A DNA stretch of 64,000 nt, from positions 2,232,001-2,296,000 of the forward strand of contig JBNJNM010000011.1 of NCBI GenBank assembly GCA_052426225.1, read 5' to 3'. Made by a program: the position numbers and the translations under genes. The notes beneath the pieces were generated by a model. The model was not told the origin of the DNA. It was given only the letters and a program-made list of their open reading frames with translations, and did not search any database. This DNA is from Zancudomyces culisetae HAW-14-8. Taxonomy: Eukaryota > Fungi > Kickxellomycota. Numbering within the stretch: the stretch's first letter is position 1; the number at the start of each line of letters is the position of its first letter. Shown in pieces: positions 1 to 11,676 of the stretch.

Positions 1-123
1 TTTTTGGAGGTTGAATATATGATCAACTAGGCATAGCATAGGTACAAAAGATCAATACACGTAGAAAGAGTCAAATATCATCTCAGTTCAAAAAATAAAT
101 ATCTGGGGAAAAACCGAAGAACA

Positions 124-1932
124 ATGAACAAGTATGAATTAGAGCGACAGGAAAACATCCGCAAGAATGAGGAAATACTAAAAAGCTTGGGTTTGTTCAA
201 ATCCTCAAAACCTGCAGCACCACAAGACCAAAAAAAGCGAGAACAAAAGCCAGCAGAAACCAAAATCAGAACACGAAAAGTTGTGGCCGATGGAAATGAT
301 GTAGCAGCAAGGAAAAAGGCGCGAGCAAGTGGCAATACCGTCCCAGCGAAAAGCGATAGGGTACTAAGATCTTCAGTGAAAAAAGAGGCTAATGACCAAG
401 AGGACAATGGAAACCTCAAAGATAAGGGATATAAACTTGAATATGAGCTACTTGAGGGTGGGAGAAGAGGTGCTGGTTCGGGAGCAAATGGAAGAGTCAA
501 TAACGGATCGCTGGGAAAGGTTGTTGGGCTTGAAGAGGAAGAGACCAAATACTTCAAGTTTATACAAATAAAAAACGAAGAAAACGGTGGTAATAGTGGT
601 GATGGCTCTGTGAAGATCAAGAACGAAGACACAGGATACACTTTTGAAAGCCAAGAGGCGGTTAGAACGCCCACAGCTCTGGAGAAGTTGGAGCGGGAGG
701 CCTTGGGAGAAATTTTTTCCGGATTTTCAATTCGACATGCAGCTAAAAATATCCAGATAGCAAGCGACAGAATTTATAGCATGGCGTTCCACCCTTCCCA
801 GGAAAATGTGTTGGTTTGTGCTGGGGATAAAGTTGGGAGATTGGGATTTTGGAAAGTAAACGGTGATGATTATGTTAGTAAAGACTGGAAAAGAATCCAA
901 TCCAGAATAGCAGGAAACTTAGATAAAAATGGCTCTAAAAAAGCGATAAAGAAGGAAAAAGGAGTTGATGCTGGTGATGATAGCGACGTCGAGGCCAAAA
1001 TTGAAACATACACTGATGAGGAGCACAGTGTCATAAAGAACGAAAAGCAAGAGACTACAGATGAACAGAGTGACGAGCTGTTTGATTTTCAACCACATTC
1101 GGAGGCGTGTTCTAACATATCCATCCCAACACAGAACCCAAATATGGTATACACAACCGGATATGACGGATCGATTCGACAGTTGGATTTGAGCCATCCA
1201 ACAGGGTTTGTGGAATTATTGAGTCTTGCTGATGACCCAATGATAGTATGTATGGACCTGCAATTCAAAGGGCAACAGCGTGGAAATAGTCCACTGGTCT
1301 GGTTTTCAACCGTCAGTGGGGTATGTGGGTATGTTGACCCTCGAAAACAAAACCATGCTGTTACACACCAGTTTCACGAGAAGCGCATAGGATGTGTTTC
1401 TGTTCATCCAACCGATTCAAACATTGTCGCTACGAGCTCAAATGACCGATCAATCAAGATCTGGGATGTCCGTAATATGATCAAACCAACCTTTACTGAC
1501 GCCACCTCACCACCACAACCCACTCTTTTGGATGAAGCTGGTGAGGTAAATTCGATAACGTCTGTATATTTCAGTCCGGATGGATCCCAATTGTTATCCA
1601 CATCATTCAATAATACAGTTGCAGTATGGTCCTGGGATTCGGCTCAAAAAAGCATCACTGATAAGCAATCTAGATACCACAACAACCGCACTGGTAGATG
1701 GGTTACCATGCTGCGGGCGCGTTGGCATCCATCTCCCTTGTTTCCCCGCTGCTTTGTGGTGGGAAATATGGACCATCGCGTTGATGTCTTTTCTGGTCGC
1801 TCCCTAGACTCTGTAGTATCCCTTTATGACAGAAAAGACGTTACTACAGTCCCCGCGGTTTGCGTTTTCCATCCAGAACTATCAATTATTGCAGCCGGAA
1901 ATGCGAGCGGAAAAATAAACATTTGGTCTTGA
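124..1932 (+). CDS. CMR1: WD40 DNA damage-binding protein CMR1/WDR76
   Basis: 602-aa ORF. N-terminal YELERQENIRKNEEILKSLGL, then RIYSMAFHPS..AGDKVGRLGFW, WD repeats (SSNDRSIKIWDVR), and the family C-terminus HNNRTGRWVT..ARW..GNM..ASGKINIWS. Confidence 0.93.
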   Translation: MNKYELERQENIRKNEEILKSLGLFKSSKPAAPQDQKKREQKPAETKIRTRKVVADGNDVAARKKARASGNTVPAKSDRVLRSSVKKEANDQEDNGNLKDKGYKLEYELLEGGRRGAGSGANGRVNNGSLGKVVGLEEEETKYFKFIQIKNEENGGNSGDGSVKIKNEDTGYTFESQEAVRTPTALEKLEREALGEIFSGFSIRHAAKNIQIASDRIYSMAFHPSQENVLVCAGDKVGRLGFWKVNGDDYVSKDWKRIQSRIAGNLDKNGSKKAIKKEKGVDAGDDSDVEAKIETYTDEEHSVIKNEKQETTDEQSDELFDFQPHSEACSNISIPTQNPNMVYTTGYDGSIRQLDLSHPTGFVELLSLADDPMIVCMDLQFKGQQRGNSPLVWFSTVSGVCGYVDPRKQNHAVTHQFHEKRIGCVSVHPTDSNIVATSSNDRSIKIWDVRNMIKPTFTDATSPPQPTLLDEAGEVNSITSVYFSPDGSQLLSTSFNNTVAVWSWDSAQKSITDKQSRYHNNRTGRWVTMLRARWHPSPLFPRCFVVGNMDHRVDVFSGRSLDSVVSLYDRKDVTTVPAVCVFHPELSIIAAGNASGKINIWS

Positions 1933-2008
1933 TTCTGACCTCATACCACCACCATATATTTTGACTTTGATTTTATTTACGTTTTGTACCAATAATAAAG
2001 AAAACACA

Positions 2009-3253
2009 CTAATGAGAAAATTCTTTGTTAAACTCTCTTCCAATAAGCATTCTACGGATTTCGCTAGTTCCCGCTCCGATCTCATAGAGCTTGGCATCCC
2101 TAAGAATTCGTCCTGTTGGGTAGTCGTTGATATATCCATTCCCACCCAAGCACTGGATCGCATCCAACGCCACCTCAGTTGCACGCTCTGCTGAATACAA
2201 AATCACACCAGCGCAGTCCTTGTTGCTTGCATGTCCGTCATCACAAGCGCGTGCCACTGCATATGTATATGCCCGTGATGCGTTGAGTTTGGTATACATG
2301 TCAGCCAATTTGCCCTGGATAAGCTGAAACTCCCCTATCGCCTTGCCAAACTGTTTCCGTGTGTGTACGTAGTCAACTGTAATGTCCAACGCTGCCTGCA
2401 TAAGCCCAAGTGGCCCTGCTGCAAGCACCAATCTTTCATACTCAAGCCCTGACATCAACACATACACGCCCTTCCCAACATCCCCGAGTACGTTTTCAAC
2501 TGGAACCTCACAGTTTTCAAACACCAGTTCGCATGTGTTAGAGCCCCTCATTCCAAGTTTATCAAGCTTTTGGTGGGTACTGAATCCCTTGAACCCCTTT
2601 TCAATAATAAATGCTGTTATGCCTTTTGGTCCTGCACTCATGTCCGTTTTTGCATACACCACCAATACATCTGCATCTGGTCCATTTGTTATCCAAAACT
2701 TATTTCCATTTAAAATGTACTTATCACCCTTTCGCTCCGCCTTAAGTCTCATAGATACTACGTCTGAGCCTGATCCTGGTTCACTCATTGCTAGCGCTCC
2801 GACGTGATCTCCTGAAATCAATTTTGGAAGATATTTTTCTTTTTGCTGCTCATTTCCATTCCTATGGATCTGATTTACACACAAATTCGAGTGCGCTCCA
2901 TATGATAGCCCAACCGAGCCAGAGCCTCGCGAAATCTGTTCCATGGCTATACAATGTTCAAGATATCCCTGTCCCAAACCTCCGTATTTCTGCGCAACTG
3001 TAATTCCTAACAACCCCATATCTCCAAATTTTTTCCACATATCATTTGGAAACTCATTATCCTTATCTATCTGTGCCGCTCTTGGTGAAAGCTCTTTATC
3101 CACAAAGGAGCTTACTGCTTCGCGAAACTCGTGCTGTTCAGAGGTCAGCCCAGCTACCGCAACATTATAAGTGCTTATTCCTTTATGTTGTGGTGCCCTG
3201 AAAATATTGGTTGTGGCCTTGAAGTTGTTTCGAAGCTTTAATCGCATAAGCAT
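2009..3253 (-). CDS. IVD: Mitochondrial isovaleryl-CoA dehydrogenase
   Basis: 414-aa intronless ORF with a basic presequence. Acyl-CoA dehydrogenase motifs [43 protein letters not shown], and the IVD-type end [32 protein letters not shown]. Confidence 0.96.
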   Translation of the reverse strand: MLMRLKLRNNFKATTNIFRAPQHKGISTYNVAVAGLTSEQHEFREAVSSFVDKELSPRAAQIDKDNEFPNDMWKKFGDMGLLGITVAQKYGGLGQGYLEHCIAMEQISRGSGSVGLSYGAHSNLCVNQIHRNGNEQQKEKYLPKLISGDHVGALAMSEPGSGSDVVSMRLKAERKGDKYILNGNKFWITNGPDADVLVVYAKTDMSAGPKGITAFIIEKGFKGFSTHQKLDKLGMRGSNTCELVFENCEVPVENVLGDVGKGVYVLMSGLEYERLVLAAGPLGLMQAALDITVDYVHTRKQFGKAIGEFQLIQGKLADMYTKLNASRAYTYAVARACDDGHASNKDCAGVILYSAERATEVALDAIQCLGGNGYINDYPTGRILRDAKLYEIGAGTSEIRRMLIGREFNKEFSH

Positions 3254-4394
3254 TTTGATTTTTGTCTATGTGACCTTTCTTTTTTCTGCCCTATTTGTGA
3301 GTAGTTTTATATTTTTTCCCTTTTGTTGGGTTACCCTTCGACCTCCTTTTAAATAGTATTTAACCCTTCTTTACTTGTTTTTTAACGGCTTTTTTCATTT
3401 TTGAAACAAAAAAAAAGGTTCTGGAACTGCTATGTCAAAATTATGGGGGTCTCCACATTTTGAACCCAGATTATTTTGTGCTTTTTTCCCACCCTATGCC
3501 CTAGCAAAACCCGGAATTGAGCTTATCTACAATTCTGTTGTGGAACATGAAATTTGGAATTATCAAGAACTTTCATTTTTTATGAGCGGGTTTAAACACA
3601 AGCCGTCCTTTTTAATTATTCAAAAAAATCGCTTGAGCCAACCACCATCCCCTCCCCTATTACCAATTCCAAGTAAAAAATTTCAAACGTATAAAAATGT
3701 ACGCATTTTACATAAGTTATCCAAGAAAAAAGGACCTTGCGCAAAACGATTGTTTTGAATACATGATGATATTTTGAGATTCGGCCAAAAGTGCAAAAAC
3801 ATTCGCAATAAAATGCTATTATAGGTGATCGTGTTATAGAAACAGTTATGCTTATCCTCTTAATCTAATGGTATTATTGCGTCTACAAAACTTATAAAAA
3901 TATTTAAAAAATGTCTTTTACTTCTACCAAGATACAAACCCAAAATTGACCATCTATGCATTTGACAATAATAGTATTATGTTTATTGAGAAATTATGGA
4001 ACACGGTTGTTTGTCTTTTCGAAAACGGTGAACGTTAATGCACAACAATAACTGCGTCCAGTGTGTCAAAAATGTAGGAAAATGGGTTAGAGGAAACACT
4101 AATGACACTGAGATACATTATACCAATTCCTATTTCGACATCAATTCTCGAGAACTTTCCACCTGACCACTATACAAATGCTACATTTTATTTAAATAAA
4201 TAAACATACAACCAAGCGCACACATATCTAGACATGATACAGTAAAATGTACAGCGTTGTACTAAACAGAACTGCGATTGTATTCTAGCTTTGTTGAGGT
4301 TACTGTTGCAAATATTTGTAATTTTGCCGTAATTTTTTTCCTTGACATTTCACGCTTCTTTGTATAGAATTAATTAATACTAGATCTACAATTC

Positions 4395-4568
4395 TCAATC
4401 AATTCCCCGACTATATTCTAACGGTGAATATGTATAAAACACATCAGGTTCATCGTTAAAAGTAACTTTCTTTCTTTTTGAAGGTCTATCATGGTTCATA
4501 TACTCCAGTTCCTCGTTTTGAGCATATGTATCTCTGTTTATCTTGTTATCGTCATAACATATTCCCAT
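4395..4568 (-). CDS. Candidate 57-aa microprotein carrying a PP1-docking RVxF-PhiPhi-R string
   Basis: ATG at 4568 in an AAAATGG context. Encodes ...RPSKRKKVTFNDEPDVFYTYSPLEYSRGID*. TATATAA on the minus strand at 4832-4838. Confidence 0.6.
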   Translation of the reverse strand: MGICYDDNKINRDTYAQNEELEYMNHDRPSKRKKVTFNDEPDVFYTYSPLEYSRGID

Positions 4569-6417
4569 TTTTGAACTTTTTTTCCTTTGGACTTTGGATT
4601 TGATAAATAGTAGCTTTAACAGTATGTTTCGAAAAGCGAATATAGGCTCGCGATTTTTGCCTTGTCTTTTTATACAGTGTTTTGTTTCAATATTCTTTTG
4701 TTCAAGATTAATCTGCACAAAAGAAGTGTCTTTTTGTGTATTTGAGTTACAAATAGTTTATTCGTACTGAAGTTACTTTTGGATTAGCTTTACAAGATGT
4801 AATGGGTGGTGGAAGAAGGATGTTAATGTGCTTATATACGTTTTTATTTTTTTCTTTGTTTAATGTAAAGTATCTTAAGGGCTAAATATTTTTTGCTACT
4901 TTCATCATATCTATAAACTGATGACATTCACATAGAAGAATGCTCCTGTCATCTGAAAATGTTGTACTGCAAGGTAATACTCTTCCTATTGAGGACGTTG
5001 TGTGTGTTTTTTTTTTCTTTTGTTTATTGAAAAGCCATTTCAATCATATCATTGCAAATCAAGAATACAACCTTTAAAAAGGCAGTGCAAGCTTAGTCAA
5101 AACAAAATAATCATAAGTCACTCATTCCTTTTAATGGAGAAGAGGTATTCAACCCAAAATTTTGTGTAAAAAAAAACAGGGTAGATATTTTTTTGTTTTC
5201 TTGCAAGTTACTTATCTGTATTTCTCGGAATTTCTTTCACAAAAAATCATGTATATATCACCACTTAAGAACATCAGCATGCCATGTACCTCAATTAAAA
5301 GTATTTTTAAAACGGACACACAACTTATAAGGAGACTGGCAATTGCTTAATGGTAACCACAACCTTCCTCTTTCAGATGTACTGGCAAATGCAATAAATA
5401 GCTTCCAGTGTTTTCTTCATATAATAGCATCAGTACGCTTCTCTTGTGATTTTCTTCTTCAATCACAGCACTGCTCTAAACCCCATGCTAATACCCACAC
5501 TACAGGTATTGAGTATCAATTACAACAAATTCATATCTTTTTTTTTTCGTGAACGGGATGTAGTGAAAAGCGATCATGTGTTTGTTTTTTATTTTTTTAT
5601 TTTTATGGGTGTACTTGGCGATAACTCGTTTTGCTTTTTTTGGTTGGGGAAGCAGAAAAATGTATCTGACTGAGTGGAATTGTGTAAAAATACAATAATG
5701 CTAAGACATATGTTTTACATGTTTTGTCAGCCATTCCAATCCACGTTACGCCCCAATTTGTGATAGCAGAAGCTGCTGGGCTAGCATATACAGTAAGAAT
5801 TTACACCCACATATTTCCTTTTACATTTTTTTTGTACTGAAAACCTCGTATCATAAAGTTTGGTTTTAGTAAAAAGTGCTGGGGAGGACATGTAACAGAA
5901 TACAAAAATAAAGATATCACCAGTTTTTGTCCTGCTTCCTGTTAGTGTAATTGCTACACCAATAATATGCATGTTTCTCGGAAGTTGAATTTTATTAAAA
6001 GTTCATTTACTTTGAAGTAGCTTGGACATTTGGTGATATACGTACAACTATAGGATACTCATCGCAGGGTGCCTAGCAACTCGTGATAAAAATAAAGCAT
6101 TACTGGTGTACCGCCAGTTTTTTTTTTTAAAAAAAGTGTTAAGTGCTTCTTCCCTTGTACCCTAGAAATGACTGGAGCTTGTGTAATGGTGTGATGATTG
6201 ATAACCATCCTCCTCTGAATCCATTCGTTAATGTATTGAATTTATCCAATATCCTTCCAGCTTCTTTCAAATAAACTGAGGGATGGGTAAAATTAATCAA
6301 ATTCATTCATCATTTTGTGATAGCTGATGCTGAACAAGTGAAATATAGCGAAAAAAAAGTTTTTTTTTAATGTCAGCAAGAATTGGAGCATAGAAACAAT
6401 AGATTAAAGGTGATATA

Positions 6418-8199
6418 ATGAACAGCGGGATTGTAGCAGGAACTAGGATTGGAAGGTGCGTGCAAGCACAGCACTATATATTCAAAAGTACGCGAAAATT
6501 CGGTACGAGTGCTATTAGTAAACACGGAAAGAAAAACGAAAATGCCAAAAAGGAAACAACTATAGATAAACTTACTTCAACTCTCTTTGGCCCTTGGTGG
6601 CCCAAGTCAGAGGGTAGCTTTTTTGAGGAAGAGATACATTCGGATATTGGCCCAAAGATGTCTGCTGAAGATTTGGTAGAAAATACAAAATATCTCAATT
6701 CTTCTTCCAAAACACAAGGAGCTATTCGCAAAAAACAACAAAACATCACTGGAACAAACAAAGTACCAAGACATATGCATATGCTTGCACGTGAATTTAT
6801 CCACAATTCCCTTTACAACCCGAATTACGGTTATTTTTCAAAGCAAGCTATGATATTCTCGCTCAAAGAGCCCTATGAGTTTAGCAAAATTAGAGACACG
6901 AATGAATTATTATCGATTGTAGGCGATTTGTACAGACATATGGAAAAGGAATTGGATAGTGTGGAAACGATCCCTAGACAAATCTGGCACACTCCAACAG
7001 AGCTTTTGAAGGTGGGTTCATACTATACTTTTATAAATACCTACAAAGCAGTGTAACATTAAACCTCTAATAACCAAATAGCCATGGTATGGGTATTCCA
7101 TAGCAAATTGTATAGTTGATTCGTATAAAAAGGATTTAGCAAAACGTAAAGAAAATGGTGATACTGAGTCTGGAAAGCATGATGGGTTGGTAGTTTACGA
7201 AATCGGAGCAGGAAATGGAACACTAATGCTTGATATCCTAAAATACATAAAGGAAAACGAGCCAGAAATATTCAAAGACATGGAATATAAAATTATCGAG
7301 ATTAGTCCTCGTTTGGCTCGCAAGCAGCTTTCTCGGCTTCATGATGAGGGCAAAGGCGAGCTGGAATCCAAAATCAAAATCCATAATAAATCCATTTTTG
7401 ATTGGGACATGCCGGAAAATAGACCATGTTTTGTGTTGGCTCTTGAAGTCGTTGTAAGTTCGGATAACTCATTCGTCTTATTTTGCTACGGATTATACTA
7501 CACCATTTTTACAACCATTCTTCATATACAAATATATTTAAATAGGACAACTTTTCACATGATGTGATCAGATATGATTCAACTACATTTGAGCCATATC
7601 AATCGCTTGTATATGTTGATAAGGAAGGTGAGTTTCATGAGAAGTTGGAGCCAGTCAGCGATCCATTGATTGTCGAGTTTTTAGACGTGTGCAAAAAAGT
7701 AAATTACGTTTCACCGCTGCTGAAATATCCCTTTATAAAAAGACAACTGACAAAACTTCCCTTTGCTCATAACGCAACCAGACCCGAATTTCTACCCACA
7801 AACTTGTATAAAATGTGTAAACTTTTATCAACGCATTTCCCCAAACACAGGCTGATTTTATCGGATTTTTACAAACTCCCAGATACGATTGAAGGTATAA
7901 ACGGACCCGTTGTCCAGACCAGATATCGTGGCAACATGGTTCCATGTTCTACCTTCCGAGTTCAGCCTGGTTGGTTTGATATATTTTTCCCCACCAATTT
8001 CGAACTGTTGAAAAAGATATACACTCATACCAGAAAGACTGCAGCTTCAGCTGGGGGTTCCTATGATTCAGAAGAACCTGTTGTTTTGACACAGGGAGAA
8101 TTTGTAACAAAATATGCAGACTTATCGAAAACCAAGACTCGCTCGGGTGAAAACCCGATGAGTATGTTGTATGAAAACAACAAGTTCATTCTCACTTGA
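6418..8199 (+). CDS. NDUFAF7/MidA-family SAM-dependent methyltransferase, 3 exons (6418-7011, 7082-7453, 7546-8199)
   Basis: GT-AG introns join the frames: EFIHNSLYNPNYGYF, WHTPTELLK|PWYG, YEIGAGNGTL (SAM motif I), ALEVV|DNFSHD, PGWFDIFFPTNF. Confidence 0.9.
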
Positions 8200-8686
8200 T
8201 TTACTTCATTCTGCCCTTGTATATCCTTGGTATTTTATTTCAATTTTCCCTCTTTTCTCTGTTTTTATAATATAAAAAACTTGTTAACCCTCACCCCTCC
8301 CTCCCCCTCATTACTCAAAAATGGTTAATAGTCGTGCCTACACCATTACCTACGTATCTAGACCATAGATATGCCAAAAACCCACTTGAAGTATTTAATT
8401 ACTTTTTACTTTTGCGTTTTTGAGTATATGTGCCTACAAAAAAAACCCCTCAATAAAAATAAGCAAAGTTCAGTTGTAATATCAAAAAGTCTTAAAATAC
8501 CCAGCTTTAAAGTATATTCAAAAGTGTACAAACGAATTCAAAACTTGACAAAATGCTCATTGGAAATTTTACAATTATTTATATTAATATCCTAGGAGTT
8601 AACCACCCTTCGAACAGCTGATTAATCCGAAACTAGTGACATTGCAAAAAAGATAAGATACCAAGGAAAATTAAAATATAAAGGGT

Positions 8687-9868
8687 TTAAAGATTACCAT
8701 TATTGTATATTCCCGTCAAAAAATCTGCACTTTCTCCAGAGGAAGGAAGTACTATAGAGGAGGTGTGTGTTGGGTTGGAATATACGCTTATAAACGTGTT
8801 TTCATAATTATTAACTGGCCATGCAGTGATGCTAGTGTCAATGTATTGGTTAAACTGGATAGGTTGGAGTTTACTCTCTTCAGCAGGCTTAGCAGCATGC
8901 ACTCGATCTACGCATACTGCATGTGCGCTGCTGATATCTGTCAATCCACTTTCTGTAAGCCCCTGGCTATACTCATTTGCTCCGAAAAACGAGCTGCACA
9001 TGGCTTGCCCAACAAAACCATTATCCATCACATACTCATTGTGGTGGTCTGTGCCACTTAATATGTCCGGTGGGTATGCATTTTCATAGGTATTGTTGTT
9101 GATTGTAACAGGGTTCAGAATTTTTTCGAGAAAATTTTGGCTTTCTAAATCATTAAATTCATTTTTACTAGTATTTGAACGCATTTGCAAGAGCTCTATT
9201 GCCTTTTGCTGTTCTGCGATCTTTTGCTCAAGTTCAGAACATTTTTTTGAAATGGCACATATTGCGTCGTTCATTTTTTCTTGAATTTTCTCAACTTGCG
9301 ATGGTGTAATGTTGATCATGTTGTAATTCGCTTCGTTATACGTTATATTATAGTAAGACTGTGTTGATCCTGCACTGTGTCTCTTAATTTTTTCAAGTAG
9401 ACATTCACCATCCCGTGTAAACTCTGGATGTGAAAACTCATATACTTCTGTAATACTATCTGGTCGGTACCCTCTAGATGGTCTATTCACTTTCTGAAAT
9501 CCATACATATTCAACTGTCGAATAAAACTGGAAAAGTTTCTGTGCTTATAATACCTGGGCAAGATATCTTGAGAAAATTCCATAGCTCTTCTGACTATAA
9601 ACGAAGTCCCTGGCCAGGTCCATCCAATAAACTGTTCGTGTTCCCTGTTATTGACCATTCTGAAGAGGTTGAGAATAAAAGAACTGGCACCAACTCTGCC
9701 TTTTTTTTTGGATTTCTTGGCTCCATTGTCGGCACCAGCCTTCCCTCTTTTCTGATTTTCTGTACTACAAGAATCAATGTCAACTACAGGCCGTTCTTCT
9801 ATAAGATTCTGATTTAAACAAGCGTCCACATGCTCTGAAGAACGTTTTTTATTCCTTTTTGGAGTCAT
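8687..9868 (-). CDS. HSF-type DNA-binding transcription factor
   Basis: HSF domain FILNLFRMV..IGW..SFIV..EFSQDILPRYYKHRNFSSFIRQLNMYGFQKV..EFSHPEF, followed by a coiled coil and a low-complexity tail. Confidence 0.9.
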   Translation of the reverse strand: MTPKRNKKRSSEHVDACLNQNLIEERPVVDIDSCSTENQKRGKAGADNGAKKSKKKGRVGASSFILNLFRMVNNREHEQFIGWTWPGTSFIVRRAMEFSQDILPRYYKHRNFSSFIRQLNMYGFQKVNRPSRGYRPDSITEVYEFSHPEFTRDGECLLEKIKRHSAGSTQSYYNITYNEANYNMINITPSQVEKIQEKMNDAICAISKKCSELEQKIAEQQKAIELLQMRSNTSKNEFNDLESQNFLEKILNPVTINNNTYENAYPPDILSGTDHHNEYVMDNGFVGQAMCSSFFGANEYSQGLTESGLTDISSAHAVCVDRVHAAKPAEESKLQPIQFNQYIDTSITAWPVNNYENTFISVYSNPTHTSSIVLPSSGESADFLTGIYNNGNL

Positions 9869-11676
9869 TTTGCATGCGGACCTTTGTTATATAATTTGTT
9901 CAACAATAATTTAGCTAAAATAGAACAGTAGCAGATTTAAGTACACATTACACAAAATTAGAACAGCGATGTATGCTTTCTTTAGAAATAATACTAAAGC
10001 TAATATATTTATATTGACACTTGAACCAAGGGCTACGTGATATTCTCTTTGTTGTGTAGCTGGTGTATATTTTTCTAAATTTTTACTGTTGAGGTGCTGC
10101 AAAAAAAAATTCTGTAAGTTGAGCCAGAAACTGTGGTTTAAATACGTCCAAACTACTTATTAACACCAATACCACTATACCGCAAGCAAAAGCGCTTTTC
10201 TCATCATATAAAGAACGAATACGCAGTAATCTTGAATATCTAGACACACTCCTATGTCTTTCAGGCTTTGGAACATAGTAGAACCTCGTTCTTCCGCACT
10301 TTAGGTATAACAGTATTTATATGATGATGTTATTCAACCATCATCTAAAATTGCATGTTTTTTACTACCCAGCCTAACACTGTAAATGGAAAATGGATCT
10401 TGAACACCTTTTGACAAAAGAAACGCCAAGTGAATGTGAAAAAGCGTTTTGCTCGTTTTTGCTTGGTTATATGGCGGAGTTATGCATTTATTAGCTAAGC
10501 TTTGCAGAATTCTTCACAGAAACTCAGCTCATACAGGATATTTAACCGAGATGCACCGAAAGAAAATGGGCAATTGGGTGACAGTAAATGTTTTTTGTAC
10601 GTGTTAGGTTTTAGAGGATATGTCCACTCTACGAATGTGGTTTGATTGTGGCAATTTCTGGCAACTACCCACTTGATACATATATTTATTTATATGTACA
10701 ATAGCGTAATGTGTTTTTTTGTCCTACTAATGGTTCGAAATTTCACTTTAAGTACTCATCTATGTTTTGCTTATAATCTAAGCATTTCTTGAAAGTCAAG
10801 TCAAATCAAAAATACAGACCGGTAATTCTCCACCTTTAGTTTTTTCTTAGAAAAAAAATTCTAAAATAGCAAAAAAAAAAAAAAAAACATATATTAATTC
10901 TGAAATTGAAAAACGAACATTCATCCCCAACGAGGTCATTAGGGAAAAAATATATTTCGGTTAAAACACCAACTCTGTATGTGAATGTCTCTATTAATAC
11001 TTATGAACAATCAGTGAAATTGGTCATGAAAGATACCAGGCAAACCAGAAACAGACAGATATGACTCAATAGTTTTTTATATATGCGTATTTTTTTATTT
11101 TAGGAAAGAGTGTTATTAGGCAAAATTCAGAAAAAAAGAAACACCAAAAGGAATGTATTCCCGAATAGTAAAGAGAGCAACATTTTATTTGTCTGGCTGC
11201 TTTGCACTGTTGTTTCATAGTATAGTAAAGAAAGAGTAAAGAGCGAATAATAATGAGGTTTAATCAACACTTGTTATCTTTTTTTAAAGATACTACACAG
11301 GAAAGGAAATTGCATCTTGCTTCTATTTTGAATTGTATGGAAAGACCAGGAGTGCATTCCCAGTCTTCTCAGTTTAATTGTTATGGATCCCCCTTTTGAC
11401 GATTGAAGCATGAAAATAAACAAATAAAAGTCATAGCTCTCCAGAAACGATTGAAAAGGCTTGGAAAACTTAGTTCTGGGATTCGATATCGCATACTTGA
11501 TATTCTAATTGGCTATCTTGGATGAGAGTGAGTAGTAAAAGAGCCGATCCATAACCAAGGTTGAGTATGGCTAGGTAAATAAACAGATACGCTACCGATA
11601 GAGATATATAGGCTTCACAGATGAGTACAGGTACTCAGTGTGGGTAGTCGTGATATAGAGGAGGGGAGTGTGGTGT

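Noticed and set aside
6191-6279. Box C (GTGATGA) ... box D (CTGA) snoRNA-like arrangement
   Set aside because: No terminal stem and no recognisable rRNA-complementary guide; the region also has coding-like frames.
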